NCBI GenBank assembly: GCA_963751345.1
Contig: CAVVUS010000023.1
Coordinates: 160,001 to 224,000 of the forward strand
Source of the DNA: an uncultured Chloroflexia bacterium
GTDB taxonomy: Bacteria; Chloroflexota; Anaerolineae; B4-G1; SLSP01
Reading direction: 5' to 3'
Length of the DNA stretch: 64,000 nucleotides
Below are positions 30,761 to 40,623 of the stretch, one piece after another. Position 1 is the first letter of the stretch; every line of letters starts with the position of its first letter. The notes under the pieces are model-generated. The model was not told the origin of the DNA, did no database searches, and saw nothing but the letters and a program-made list of their open reading frames with translations. Both the position numbers and the translations under genes were made by a program.

Positions 30761-32174
30761 ATGTTCGGTACAACACTTTTGATCGGTATCGTGTCTGCGG
30801 GTGTGATCATCGCATTGCAGGGCTTCCTGATCGTGCGGGGCAGGCGCAGGGGGCAGGCTGCGTTCTTCGAGCGCCCGCTTCTCGACGCCCTGGCTCTCAA
30901 GACGCCGAAGGCAGTTGTTGCAGGTGCTCGGGCGGTTACGCATCGTCTACGGGCTCTTCTTGGTCGCTGCAGGGATATGGGGGCTGAGCGGTCAATGACA
31001 CAGGCCGATGCGCGTGCCCTGGGCTTCTCGCGTGCTTTCTATGCATGCTTCTATGGGGCATCGGCGTGCCTGATGCCCTTTCTCGCCATCTACTACAGCG
31101 GGCTCGGTTTCAGTGGCCGGCAGATCGGTGTCCTGCGGGGAATCGCGCCGATCGTGACGCTGATTGCCGCCCCGCTGTGGAGTGCCCTGGCCGACGCCAG
31201 CCGGCGCCACAAGGCGCTATGGATTGCCGCGATTGTCGGGTCGTGGTTGGCGGTGCTGGTGCTCTCGCTCGCCTCGTCCTACGCCGTGCTGATCGCCATC
31301 GTGCTGGCACAGGCGCTCCTCGGGGCACCGGTCATGCCGCTTGCCGACAGCGCGGTGATTGGGCTGCTCGGCGAGCACCGGGAGCGCTATGGGACGCAGC
31401 GTCTCTGGGGCGCCGTTGGGTGGGGTGTCGGTGGGCTCTTGATCGGCTTCGTCATCCAGCGGTACGGCCTCACGTGGTCCTTCGTCGGATACCTGATCCT
31501 GATGGCCTGCGCGGGCTTGATGGCTGCAGCCATTCCGGTCACTAAGGTCTCAACCGTGCGGCGTTCATACCGGTCAGACGTGCGTGAATTGTTGTCAAAT
31601 CCTTCATGGCTGGTTTTTCTGCTGGCGGCCCTCATCGGCGGTCTCTACATGACGACCGAGGTCAATTTCCTGATGCTTTATATGTCCTCGCTGGGTGCCG
31701 GCGAGGGACTGATGGGTGTGGCGCTGGTGCTCAGCACCGTCGGCGAGATCCCGGTGTGGGCCGTCTCGCCCTATTTATTGCGGCGGCTGGGGCCGCGCGG
31801 GACTGCTCTCCGTCGCACTCCTATCGGGTACGGTTCAGGGACTGGCGTTCTCCCTGATACCCTCCGCATGGTTCGTCCTGCCCATTCAGCTCCTCCACGG
31901 GCTGGCCTTCTCCGCGGCCTGGACCGCCGGGGTAGCGTACGCGGCCGATATCGCCCCTGCGGGTACCCAGGCCACGGCCCAGGGGCTCTATAGTGGCGTG
32001 ATGATGGGATTGGCTGCTGCAATTGGTGCAGTCCTTGCCGGACGGCTCTTCGACGCGGTCGGGGGAGCTATGACCTTCCGCCTGGCGGCGCTCATGCCCC
32101 TTGTGGCACTGGCAATCCTATGGATGGGTGTGCGGGCACGTGGCCGAGCCGGACAAAGTGCCTCTCAGATCTGA
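30761..32174 (+). CDS. MFS transporter, MFS_1_like/nucleoside-H+ symporter type (start may be 30995; frameshift near 31800)
   Basis: YACFYGASACLMPFLAIYY, WSALADASRR, YGTQRLWGAVGW, QLLHGLAFS..ATAQGL. Confidence 0.8.
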
Positions 32175-32788
32175 GAGCCTGAACGCTCGACACCGCGCTG
32201 CTTACGACCGGGTGTCGGCGCATTTTGCGCTGGTCAATGCCGAGATGCCCGCGCAGGTCGCCGAGTCCGCGAGGCGCTTCCTCGCGGCGGTCGGGGGCGG
32301 CGGGGTGGTCCTGGACCTCGGCTGCGGCCACGGCCGCGATGTGATGTGGCTCGAGGCGCGAGGTCTGCGTGTCGTAGGGTCGGATCTGTCGAGAGGCATG
32401 CTGTCGGAGGCCACCCATCGCGTGGATGGCCCGTTGGTGCAGATGGATATGCGTCTCCCGGCCTTTCAGGATGGCGCTTTCCAGGGTGTCTGGTGCAATG
32501 CTGCGATCCTGCATCTCCCCAAATCCGACGTCCTGCCAACGCTGAAGGAGATCCGGCGCAGCACTGCAACCGGGCGGGACGCTCTTCATCTCCATCCAGG
32601 TTGGGACGGGGGAGACCTGGGAGAGGGGCGCATACGAGCAGCCCGTCTCCCGTTTCTTCGCACGCTATCAGCCTGAGGAGTTCGCCGCATACCTCAAGCA
32701 GGCGGGATTCACGTTGGTCAGCCAAGACGACAGCCACGCGAGCCCGGCACGTCACTGGGCGCATTACCTGACCGAACGTATCGAGTGA
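32140..32788 (+). CDS. Class I SAM-dependent methyltransferase (frameshift near 32565)
   Basis: VLDLGCGHGRD motif I, DLSRGML, GVWCNAAILHLP; tail TLFISIQ..RFFARY ends TGA 32788. Confidence 0.8.
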
Positions 32789-32855
32789 CGCGTGGCCTCT
32801 GCCCTTGGGCTGTGTCTTCGCATACGCACAGACTCTCGACAGCACAGCATCAATC

Positions 32856-32917
32856 GTCACTTGTGACTTGTCACACTTCATCTGGCTCTTGCAATTCATG
32901 ACGGTTTGATCTATGAT
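32856..32917 (+). promoter_or_regulatory. Palindromic operator candidate plus promoter of the glycosidase/ABC operon
   Basis: TGTGAC-TT-GTCACA (32862-32875); TTGCAA(32889)-17-TATGAT(32912). Confidence 0.5.
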
Positions 32918-33013
32918 ATATCGGTAGCCAGGGTGCATTCCGGTGAGCTGCCGACTCTTGTGCGGCGCCTTGCCCCAAGCTTCCATGGAGGGCCGAGGAC
33001 CTTGAACGATCCG

Positions 33014-35776
33014 ATGGAGCGTCAACCGATGGATTTTCGGGGCGCCTTCGAAGCGCTGCAGGGATCACACGATCTGCGTCTGTCCAACTGGGGGCCCTAC
33101 ACCAAACGCTATATGGGCGTCAGTCACATTCACGACGTGGCGTCCGGGGTTCGCTTCGACCTGAGTGTGTTTCCCGGCCTCTACCGTCGTGGCGTGAATG
33201 CCCCCAACGTGCTCTGGGAATCGGGGTACCATATCTGGGAGGCGGCGCCCGATCTCTCGTTCTTCCGGCACCGTCACCAGCTCGTTTGGAAGGACAAGGT
33301 CTACGCCGATATCGACTTCTTCAGCCCCGGCGACGCCGACTCAGATGACTGTATGTCGGTACGGGCCACGTGTGTGAATGCCAGCGACGAACCACAGAAC
33401 CTCGTTCTACATTGGATGGCCTCTGTTCATCTGCCGCCCGAGAGCGTGGTTGGCGGCAAGCCGCTGCAGGTGTCGCGGGTCCACGTGCCCGCGGGAGGGG
33501 TTTGGGTGGATGCGCTCGACTACGCATTCCTGTCGCTGGGCCACGAAGCTCACCGGGCGAACCTCACCTACGATGGCCAGCTCCGCGGAGAGGTGCGTGT
33601 CAGCGGGTTCGTGGGCGGCGTTGGGCTAGGACAGGGGTTTGGGCTGAATGAAGGCGACGCCGTCATCTACCGGGTAGAACTCCCTCGGGACCTCGCCTAT
33701 CCGGTTGTGGTGCTGCGATACCGGTTGGAGGATCGGGCCGAAGCGAAGATCGGCTTCCCTGGCGCGCTCGATCGTCCCGTCCGACTGCGGGGCACAGGGC
33801 AGATCGCCGTCCGCGAGATCCCCCTGGACCACCGGCTGTCCGGTGACGTGCTCCTGACGCTGGCCTCTTACGAACCCGGTCAGAGTGTGGAGATCGATGG
33901 GTTCGCCGTGGTCGATACGAGCCAGCTCGACGACGTTTCATTCGATCAGGAAGCGTGGAGCTATGTCCCGAAGCGTCTGCCGGGGCCGAGGCCTGACACG
34001 CTGGTGTTATTGTATGACGCACTTGCTATGACGTATGGCATCGCCTGGGGGGCACGGTCCGGCGCCGAGGTGCCCTTCCAGATTCGTGAGTTTTTCTGTG
34101 ACGACCTGGATACAGCCCTGCATCTCTCAATCCACAACCATACCCGCCACACGTTTTCCGGGCCCGGCGAGGGTCACTACACCAACGTCTTCCAGCGCCC
34201 TATCTTCATGGCTCCACAGAGCCGGCGCGTCATCACGGGGTTGGTGTGCCGGGGTGAGCCCAAGGCGGTCTATACCCGGTTGGCTAACTTCGACCCTTCA
34301 GATGCCGGTTGGGATGAGCGACACGCACGAGCGCGCGGCAGGGCCATCCGCGTGGGCACGACGGTTGCCACAAACCCATCCGGGGATGCCTACGCCGAGA
34401 GCCAGACGCGGATGGCGGCAACGGTCCTTTCCAATGTGGTCTATCCCGTTCGAACCCGGGGAACGTGGATCCGGCACTATACGCCTGGGCGCTGGTGGGA
34501 CAGCCTGTATACCTGGGACTCCGGCTTTATCGGCCTGGGTCTGGCTGAGTTAGACCTGGACCGCGCCCTGGACAACCTCAACGCCTATACGACCGAGCCG
34601 GGCACTCCGGATGCGGCCTTTATCCACCACGGGAGCCTGGTACCTACCCAGTTCTACCTCTTTCTCGCGCTCTGGCATCAGACGCAGTCCCAGCCACTGC
34701 TTCGCTATTTCTACCCCAGGTTGGCCCAGTATCACCGCTTCCTCGCCGGTAGGTGGGGCAGCTCCACCACGCGCGATCTGGAATCCGGCCTGATCCGTCC
34801 GTGGGACTACTTCTACAACTCCGGCGGGTGGGATGACTATCCGCCCCAGGTCCACGTTCACAGGTACGGCCTGGAGCCGTCCGTGACCCCTGTGATCAGC
34901 ACCGCACAGGTCATCCGAACGGCCAAGATCCTGCGGATGATGGCCCTCGCGCTCGGCGAGCCGACGGCGGAGTTCGACGACGACATCAGGGAGCTCTCAG
35001 GTGCGCTTCAGGCTCACGCGTGGGATGCCGAATCCGGCTACTTTGGCTATGTGGGCCACGATGATGCGGGCAAGCCCACGGGCATTCTCCGCGACGCAGA
35101 TGGCGTCAACTACAATATGGGCATGGGCGGGGCATCGCCATTGGTAGCCGGCATTTGTACCCCCGAGCAGGAGGCGCAGCTTATCACGTCGCTGATGTCG
35201 CCGGAGCGCATGTGGTCGCCCTATGGTCTCTCGACCGTGGATCAGTCGGCGCCCTACTATCGCGCTGACGGCTACTGGAACGGGGCGGTATGGATGCCGC
35301 ATCAGTGGTTGTTCTGGAAGGCACTGCTGGATCTCGGCTGCGCGGACGAGGCCCACAAGATCGCAAAGACAGCGTTGGATGTCTGGCAGACCGAGGTAGC
35401 ACGCTCCTACAATTGCTTCGAGCATTTCATCGTCCAGACCGGACGTGGCGCAGGATGGCACCATTTCAGCGGGTTGTCGACGCCGGTCCTCTCGTGGTTC
35501 GGCACCTACCACAGGCCAGGACGTTTGACGACGGGGTTCGACGTGTGGGTCGAGGCGCTCGATGTCGCCTCGGACGCGCGGAGGTTGACGGCGCGTCTGC
35601 GTCACTACGGGGCGGCGCACCACGCACCGTTGTGCATCGTCACGCTCGTTCCGGGCGACTACGAGGCCACGTGGAATGGTGCGCTCACTGCCAGCAACGA
35701 GCGCTATCCCGGCACGCTCGAGGTCTGGCTGCCGCAGGGCGCCGAGGCAGGTGAGTTGATCGTCGCGCCGCGGTGA
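33014..35776 (+). CDS. Large glycoside hydrolase, (alpha/alpha)6 GH63/MGH1-trehalase-like
   Basis: YTPGRWWDSLYTWDSGF, NSGGWDDYP, GLSTVDQSAPYY..YWNGAVW, CFEHF..GWHHFSG. Confidence 0.75.
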   Translation: MERQPMDFRGAFEALQGSHDLRLSNWGPYTKRYMGVSHIHDVASGVRFDLSVFPGLYRRGVNAPNVLWESGYHIWEAAPDLSFFRHRHQLVWKDKVYADIDFFSPGDADSDDCMSVRATCVNASDEPQNLVLHWMASVHLPPESVVGGKPLQVSRVHVPAGGVWVDALDYAFLSLGHEAHRANLTYDGQLRGEVRVSGFVGGVGLGQGFGLNEGDAVIYRVELPRDLAYPVVVLRYRLEDRAEAKIGFPGALDRPVRLRGTGQIAVREIPLDHRLSGDVLLTLASYEPGQSVEIDGFAVVDTSQLDDVSFDQEAWSYVPKRLPGPRPDTLVLLYDALAMTYGIAWGARSGAEVPFQIREFFCDDLDTALHLSIHNHTRHTFSGPGEGHYTNVFQRPIFMAPQSRRVITGLVCRGEPKAVYTRLANFDPSDAGWDERHARARGRAIRVGTTVATNPSGDAYAESQTRMAATVLSNVVYPVRTRGTWIRHYTPGRWWDSLYTWDSGFIGLGLAELDLDRALDNLNAYTTEPGTPDAAFIHHGSLVPTQFYLFLALWHQTQSQPLLRYFYPRLAQYHRFLAGRWGSSTTRDLESGLIRPWDYFYNSGGWDDYPPQVHVHRYGLEPSVTPVISTAQVIRTAKILRMMALALGEPTAEFDDDIRELSGALQAHAWDAESGYFGYVGHDDAGKPTGILRDADGVNYNMGMGGASPLVAGICTPEQEAQLITSLMSPERMWSPYGLSTVDQSAPYYRADGYWNGAVWMPHQWLFWKALLDLGCADEAHKIAKTALDVWQTEVARSYNCFEHFIVQTGRGAGWHHFSGLSTPVLSWFGTYHRPGRLTTGFDVWVEALDVASDARRLTARLRHYGAAHHAPLCIVTLVPGDYEATWNGALTASNERYPGTLEVWLPQGAEAGELIVAPR

Positions 35777-35901
35777 TCGCAGGCCCGGCGAGGCCTACGC
35801 GTGGTTGGCTCTATGAGGCACCTTCGACCACGCATGCGTCAACGCGAGCAGACGGCACCTAATCTTCGCAAGGTTTCTCGGTTCACAGGAGACTTATCGC
35901 G

Positions 35902-37497
35902 ATGAAAAAAGTGTGGGGTGGTATCCTGACGTTGATCGGCGGCCTGATCGCCCTGGCCTGCGTACCCTTTCTGCTGCACGCCTTGATGAACGCGCTCTTT
36001 GCCCTGATCCTGCAGCAGCCTGTGCCCGCATGGTGGTGGCGCGCTATCGCGCCCATTCAGAACATCGTGGCGCTGCCAATCCTCGCTTTTGCCTTTGTCA
36101 TCAAGATGGGGCCGACGCTGTCGCTGGTCATCCCGGTGGTCATCCTCGCCGTCGTGCAGACGGTGGGAGTGCTGATCCTGTGGGCCGGGCTGCGCATGCT
36201 GCGACGGCCCGGGAGCGGGAAGGGACGAGGCATCGCCTCGGCTGCCGGTGTGTTGCTGGTCCTGTTCTCACTCTTTGCCTGCCAGAAGCAGCCCGCTGCC
36301 GTGGAGCCTACGATCGAGGCGCCTCCGGGCACTGTGCTCCTTCAGTGGTCGAACTGGGGCGGCAGCGAGAGTGTCGCGCTCCAACAGGAGATCGTGCGCA
36401 ACTTCGAGGCGACGCATCCCGGCATCAAGGTGCAGTTGGTGACCGTTGCGGATTTCACGAACTATCTGACCAAGCTTCAGACCCTGCTGGCCTCCGGGAC
36501 GCCACCCGACGTGATGACGCTGGGAAACGAGTGGTTCCCGGCTTTTCTGGAGAAGGGAGCCTTCCAGGAGCTGACGCCCTACGTCGCCGGCGATGCCGAG
36601 CTGAACCTGGACGACTACATCCCGTTGACGCTGCAGGTGCTGACCCGCGATAGTAAGCTTTATGCGCTGCCGGCAGACTTCAGCGTCGACGCGCTCTACT
36701 ACAACCTCGACGCCTTCGACGCCGCGGGGCTGGCCTATCCGGACGATACGTGGACGTGGGACACACTGCTGAGTGCCGCGCAGCAGCTCACCGAGCGAGA
36801 TGCGAGCGGGCGAGCGATCCGCTACGGGTGGTCCGACACCGCCCTCAACCTGTGGCCCTGGATCTGGCAGAACGGCGGCACCGTCTTCGACAACGAGCGC
36901 GATCCCACGCGCTGTACCCTCACCGATCCGGCGGTGGTTGATGCCGTGCAGTTCTACTATGATCTGTCGTTGAAATACAAGGTCGCGCCCAACGTCGCCG
37001 AGCTTCAGCAGACGCCGCTGCGCGAGATGTTCATCGCGGGACGTGTGGCCATGATCTACGACAACGTGGGAGCCCAAGTGCCGTTCTCCCAGATCACGGA
37101 TTTCCGCTGGGATGTCGCGAAGCTGGCGATGGGCAAGGAGCGTGTGACGCCGATGGCCGAGAACGGCTATGCGATGTCGGCGGCTACCGCGCACCCGGAG
37201 GAAGCGTGGACGCTGATCAAGTATCTGTCGAGTCCCGAGGCCGTCCGGGTGATCGTCGGCGCGGGTGGGGGGATGCCCGCTCTGAAAGCGCTGGCCGAGT
37301 CAGGCGAGTTCAGGGTGAAGCCGGCGTTCCTGGAATCCGTGCCGTATTCGAAGCCGATCTTCTCCGCCCCGCAGATGCTCGATATGCTGGCCGTCTTCCG
37401 CAACGAGCAACCCCTGATGGCGATGGGGCTCAAGCCCGTGCCCGAGACGCTGCGATCGATGAACGAGATCTTCAACGAGATGCTGGGCGCGCAGTAG
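35902..37497 (+). CDS. Sugar ABC transporter substrate-binding protein with a multi-TM N-terminal extension
   Basis: FEATHPGIKV, KLQTLLASGTPPDV, LYYNLDAFDAAGLAYP..WTWD; lipobox-like LFAC near residue 125 after several hydrophobic helices. Confidence 0.85.
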   Translation: MKKVWGGILTLIGGLIALACVPFLLHALMNALFALILQQPVPAWWWRAIAPIQNIVALPILAFAFVIKMGPTLSLVIPVVILAVVQTVGVLILWAGLRMLRRPGSGKGRGIASAAGVLLVLFSLFACQKQPAAVEPTIEAPPGTVLLQWSNWGGSESVALQQEIVRNFEATHPGIKVQLVTVADFTNYLTKLQTLLASGTPPDVMTLGNEWFPAFLEKGAFQELTPYVAGDAELNLDDYIPLTLQVLTRDSKLYALPADFSVDALYYNLDAFDAAGLAYPDDTWTWDTLLSAAQQLTERDASGRAIRYGWSDTALNLWPWIWQNGGTVFDNERDPTRCTLTDPAVVDAVQFYYDLSLKYKVAPNVAELQQTPLREMFIAGRVAMIYDNVGAQVPFSQITDFRWDVAKLAMGKERVTPMAENGYAMSAATAHPEEAWTLIKYLSSPEAVRVIVGAGGGMPALKALAESGEFRVKPAFLESVPYSKPIFSAPQMLDMLAVFRNEQPLMAMGLKPVPETLRSMNEIFNEMLGAQ

Positions 37498-37501
37498 GGG
37501 T

Positions 37502-37604
37502 GGATGCTGGAAGCCGGAAGCCAGATGCTGGACGTTGGATGTTGGCCGCCAGGCAACGCGTTCGGGCTTACTCCTTGCTCTATGCTGATCGCTGAAAGCT
37601 GACC
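37502..37604. repeat. Degenerate heptanucleotide tandem repeats
   Basis: GGATGCT GGAAGCC GGAAGCC AGATGCT GGACGTT GGATGTT (37502-37543) and GCTGATC GCTGAAA GCTGACC (37584-37604). Confidence 0.7.
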
Positions 37605-37610
37605 ACCGCC

Positions 37611-38489
37611 ATGCGCTACAGGTCACCCCATCGGCCGGGCCTGTGGGCGCTCTTCTTCCTGGCGCCGAGCCTGGTCGGGTTCCTGCTCTTCACCCTCGGT
37701 CCGGTAGTGGCCTCGCTGGTGCTCAGCACGACGCAGTGGGACCTGATCGGTAGCCCGCACTTCGTCGGGCTGCGGAACTACCGCGAGATCCTGGGTGACG
37801 CCGTCTTCGGTCGCGTGGCGGTCAACACCGTGGCCTACAGTGGCGGGGTGGTGCCCCTGCTGCTCGTCGTCTCGCTCGTGCTCGCCCTCGCGCTCAACCG
37901 ACAGTTCAGGGGTCGCACGCTATATCGAACGATCTTCTTCATGCCGGTCGTCTCCTCGACCGTGGCCGTCGCCATGGTCTGGCGCTGGATCTATGCCCCC
38001 TTTGGCGCGATCAACGTCGGTCTCACAGCCCTTGGCCTACCGGCCGTGGAATGGCTGACGACGACGCAGTGGGCAATGCCGTCGGTCATTTTCATGAGCG
38101 TCTGGCAGAGCATGGGCTACAGCATGGTCATCTTCCTGGCGGGGCTCCAAGGGATCCCCCAACACCTCTACGATGCGGCAGCGGTCGATGGCGCGACGGG
38201 TTGGCGCAGATTCCGATACATCACACTGCCCTTGCTCTCACCCACCACGTTCTTTGTCGTGGTGATGGCCGTGATCACGACGTTCCAGGTCTTCGGGCAG
38301 GTCTACATCCTGACCGGTGGCGGTCCCGCGTTCGCCACGAGCACGATCGTCTACTACATCTACGAGCGGGCGTTCCTGTCGCTGCATATGGGGTACGCGA
38401 GCGCGCTTGCCTGGGTGCTCTTTGCGGCGATCTTCGGGCTCACGCTGGCCCAGATTCGCCTGCAGCGACGGTGGGTGACGTATGAGTAG
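37611..38489 (+). CDS. Carbohydrate ABC transporter permease
   Basis: FVGLRNY, YDAAAVDGATGWRRFRYITLPLL EAA loop. Confidence 0.92.
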   Translation: MRYRSPHRPGLWALFFLAPSLVGFLLFTLGPVVASLVLSTTQWDLIGSPHFVGLRNYREILGDAVFGRVAVNTVAYSGGVVPLLLVVSLVLALALNRQFRGRTLYRTIFFMPVVSSTVAVAMVWRWIYAPFGAINVGLTALGLPAVEWLTTTQWAMPSVIFMSVWQSMGYSMVIFLAGLQGIPQHLYDAAAVDGATGWRRFRYITLPLLSPTTFFVVVMAVITTFQVFGQVYILTGGGPAFATSTIVYYIYERAFLSLHMGYASALAWVLFAAIFGLTLAQIRLQRRWVTYE

Positions 38490-39360
38490 GGCTGTAGGCT
38501 TGGACCAATCTGCTGGGATTGGTCCAAGCTACCGCCGCGGGAGGGGGTTTCGCGCATGGGCTGTGGCACGATACGTCGGGCTCACTGCGGCAGCGGCGCT
38601 GGCGGTGCTGCCGTTCCTGTGGATGATCACCACGTCGCTTCGCCCGCTGATCGACGTGATCAGCAAGCCCTTCGGACTCCCGCTGCCGCCGCTATGGTCC
38701 AACTATCCTGCGGTCTTTGACACGATTCCGTTCGGGCGCAGTTATCTCAACACGCTCTTTGTCGCGCTAGCACGCACAGCAGGTGTGGTGCTCACCTCGT
38801 CGATGGCCGCCTACGCCTTCGCCAGGCTGCACTTCCGGGGGCGCGATGCCCTCTTCGCGGTCTACCTGGCGACGATGATGATCCCGTCACAGGTGACGAT
38901 GATCCCGACGTTCATCCTGATGCGCCTGCTGGGCTGGCGCGACACGTACCAGGCGCTGATCGTGCCCCAGTTGGCCAGCGCCTTTGGCACCTTCCTGCTG
39001 CGCCAGTTTTTCCTCACGCTGCCCACCAGCCTGGAGGAGGCCGCGGTCATCGATGGCTGCTCTCCCCTGGGCATCTTCCGCCACGTCATCCTGCCGCTGG
39101 GAAAGCCGGCGCTGAGCACGCTGGCGGTCTTCACCTTTCTCGGGGCCTGGAACGACTTCATGTGGCCCCTGATCATGACCGACTCGCCTGAGTTGGCCGT
39201 GCTCAGCGTCGCGCTCTCATATCTCCAGCAGACGAGCCACACCGACTGGCCGCTGCTAATGGCGGGCGCCGTGATGGCGCTGCTGCCCGTGCTCGCGGTC
39301 TACGTCGCCGCCCAGCGCACCTTCGTCGAGGGCATCGCGCTGACGGGAATCAAGGGCTGA
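38482..39360 (+). CDS. Carbohydrate ABC transporter permease
   Basis: LEEAAVIDGCS, AWNDFMWPL, FVEGIALTGIKG. Confidence 0.92.
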   Translation: MSRAVGLDQSAGIGPSYRRGRGFRAWAVARYVGLTAAAALAVLPFLWMITTSLRPLIDVISKPFGLPLPPLWSNYPAVFDTIPFGRSYLNTLFVALARTAGVVLTSSMAAYAFARLHFRGRDALFAVYLATMMIPSQVTMIPTFILMRLLGWRDTYQALIVPQLASAFGTFLLRQFFLTLPTSLEEAAVIDGCSPLGIFRHVILPLGKPALSTLAVFTFLGAWNDFMWPLIMTDSPELAVLSVALSYLQQTSHTDWPLLMAGAVMALLPVLAVYVAAQRTFVEGIALTGIKG

Positions 39361-39389
39361 CAGTTGACGCGCGATCGGTCGGTGATCAC

Positions 39390-40493
39390 CTACCAGTCGA
39401 CCACCGCGCCGTCGAAGGCGTCGTAGCTCTCGTGGTTGAGCCAGTCGTGGTCGATCTTGTCGGCCATGGCGTCCTCATCGAGCTCGATCCCCAGCCCGGG
39501 CTTGGTCGGTAGCTCGACGTAGCCATCCTTGAACGTGAAGGGCTCCTTGAGGTAGCCTTCGCCCAACGTCGTGTGCTCCTGGGCGATAAAGTTGGGGATG
39601 CTGGCGTCGAGCTGCACGCAGGCCGCCAGGGCGATCGGCCCGAGCGGGTTGTGTGGCGCGATGGCGGCGTACGCTGCCTCAGCCATCCCGGCGATGAGAC
39701 GCACCTCGGTGATGCCGCCGGCGTGGCAGAGATCGGGCTGCAGGATGCTGGCGGCGCGCTTCTCCAGGATCTCACGGAAGCCCCATTTGGTGAAGACCCG
39801 CTCGCCCGTCGCGATAGGCAGGTGCGTGCTGTGGGCCAGGTCGGCGAGGACGTCGACGTCCTGACACTGGACCGGCTCCTCAATGAACATCGGCTGGTAG
39901 GGCTCGAGTTCGTGAATGAGGATCTTCGCGGTCTGGGGGCTGATCGCGCCGTGGAAATCGATCGCGATGTCAATCTCGGGCCCGGCGACCTCACGCATCC
40001 GCGCGAAGTGGGCGACCGCTCCATCGATGAATGCCTTGTTCTCGATGATCCGCGCCGGGCGCTCTTTGTAGACCCCGGTCTTGAAGGCCGTGAACCCCTT
40101 GTCGATCCACTCCTGGATGTTCTCGGGGCGCGCGCCGCCCTTGTAGAGCCGGATGCGGTCGCGGGTCGGCCCGCCGAAGAGCTTGTAGGTTGGGACGCCG
40201 AGCGCTTTGCCGGAAAGGTCCCATAGCGCCTGGTCGACGCCGCTCAGCGCACTCGTGAGCAGCGGGCCGCCGCGGTAGAAGGCGTGACGGTACATCGCCT
40301 GCCAATGGTGGACGACGCGGGTGGGATCCTTGCCGACCAGGTAGGGCGCCAGCTCGGCGACGGCGGTTGCGCAGGTCTTCGCGCGGCCCTCCAGGATCGG
40401 CTCGCCGAGGCCCACCAGCCCCTCATCAGTGTGGATCTTGAGGAAGAGCCAGCGTGGCTTGACGAGCAACGTCTCAAGTCTGGTGATCTTCAT
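39390..40493 (-). CDS. dgoD: Galactonate dehydratase
   Basis: MKIT..PRWLFLKIHTDEGLVGLGEP, FYRGGP..SALSGVDQALWD, DFHG, FIEEP, ATGER, APHNPLGPI. Confidence 0.88.
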   Translation of the reverse strand: MKITRLETLLVKPRWLFLKIHTDEGLVGLGEPILEGRAKTCATAVAELAPYLVGKDPTRVVHHWQAMYRHAFYRGGPLLTSALSGVDQALWDLSGKALGVPTYKLFGGPTRDRIRLYKGGARPENIQEWIDKGFTAFKTGVYKERPARIIENKAFIDGAVAHFARMREVAGPEIDIAIDFHGAISPQTAKILIHELEPYQPMFIEEPVQCQDVDVLADLAHSTHLPIATGERVFTKWGFREILEKRAASILQPDLCHAGGITEVRLIAGMAEAAYAAIAPHNPLGPIALAACVQLDASIPNFIAQEHTTLGEGYLKEPFTFKDGYVELPTKPGLGIELDEDAMADKIDHDWLNHESYDAFDGAVVDW

Positions 40494-40532
40494 GTAGTAC
40501 CTCCAGGATCTGGGTGAGTCCGGATCAAAGGA

Positions 40533-40579
40533 ACGACAAGTTGTCGTCCGGATGATAGGGGTGGGGCAGGGGCTGTCAA
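40533..40579 (-). promoter_or_regulatory. dgoD promoter with a palindromic operator candidate
   Basis: TTGACA-16-TATCAT on the minus strand; ACGACAA-G-TTGTCGT at 40533-40547. Confidence 0.55.
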
Positions 40580-40623
40580 ACAGTGCCTTGGGCTGTGGCC
40601 CGCTGCCGAGACGGAATGCCCCG

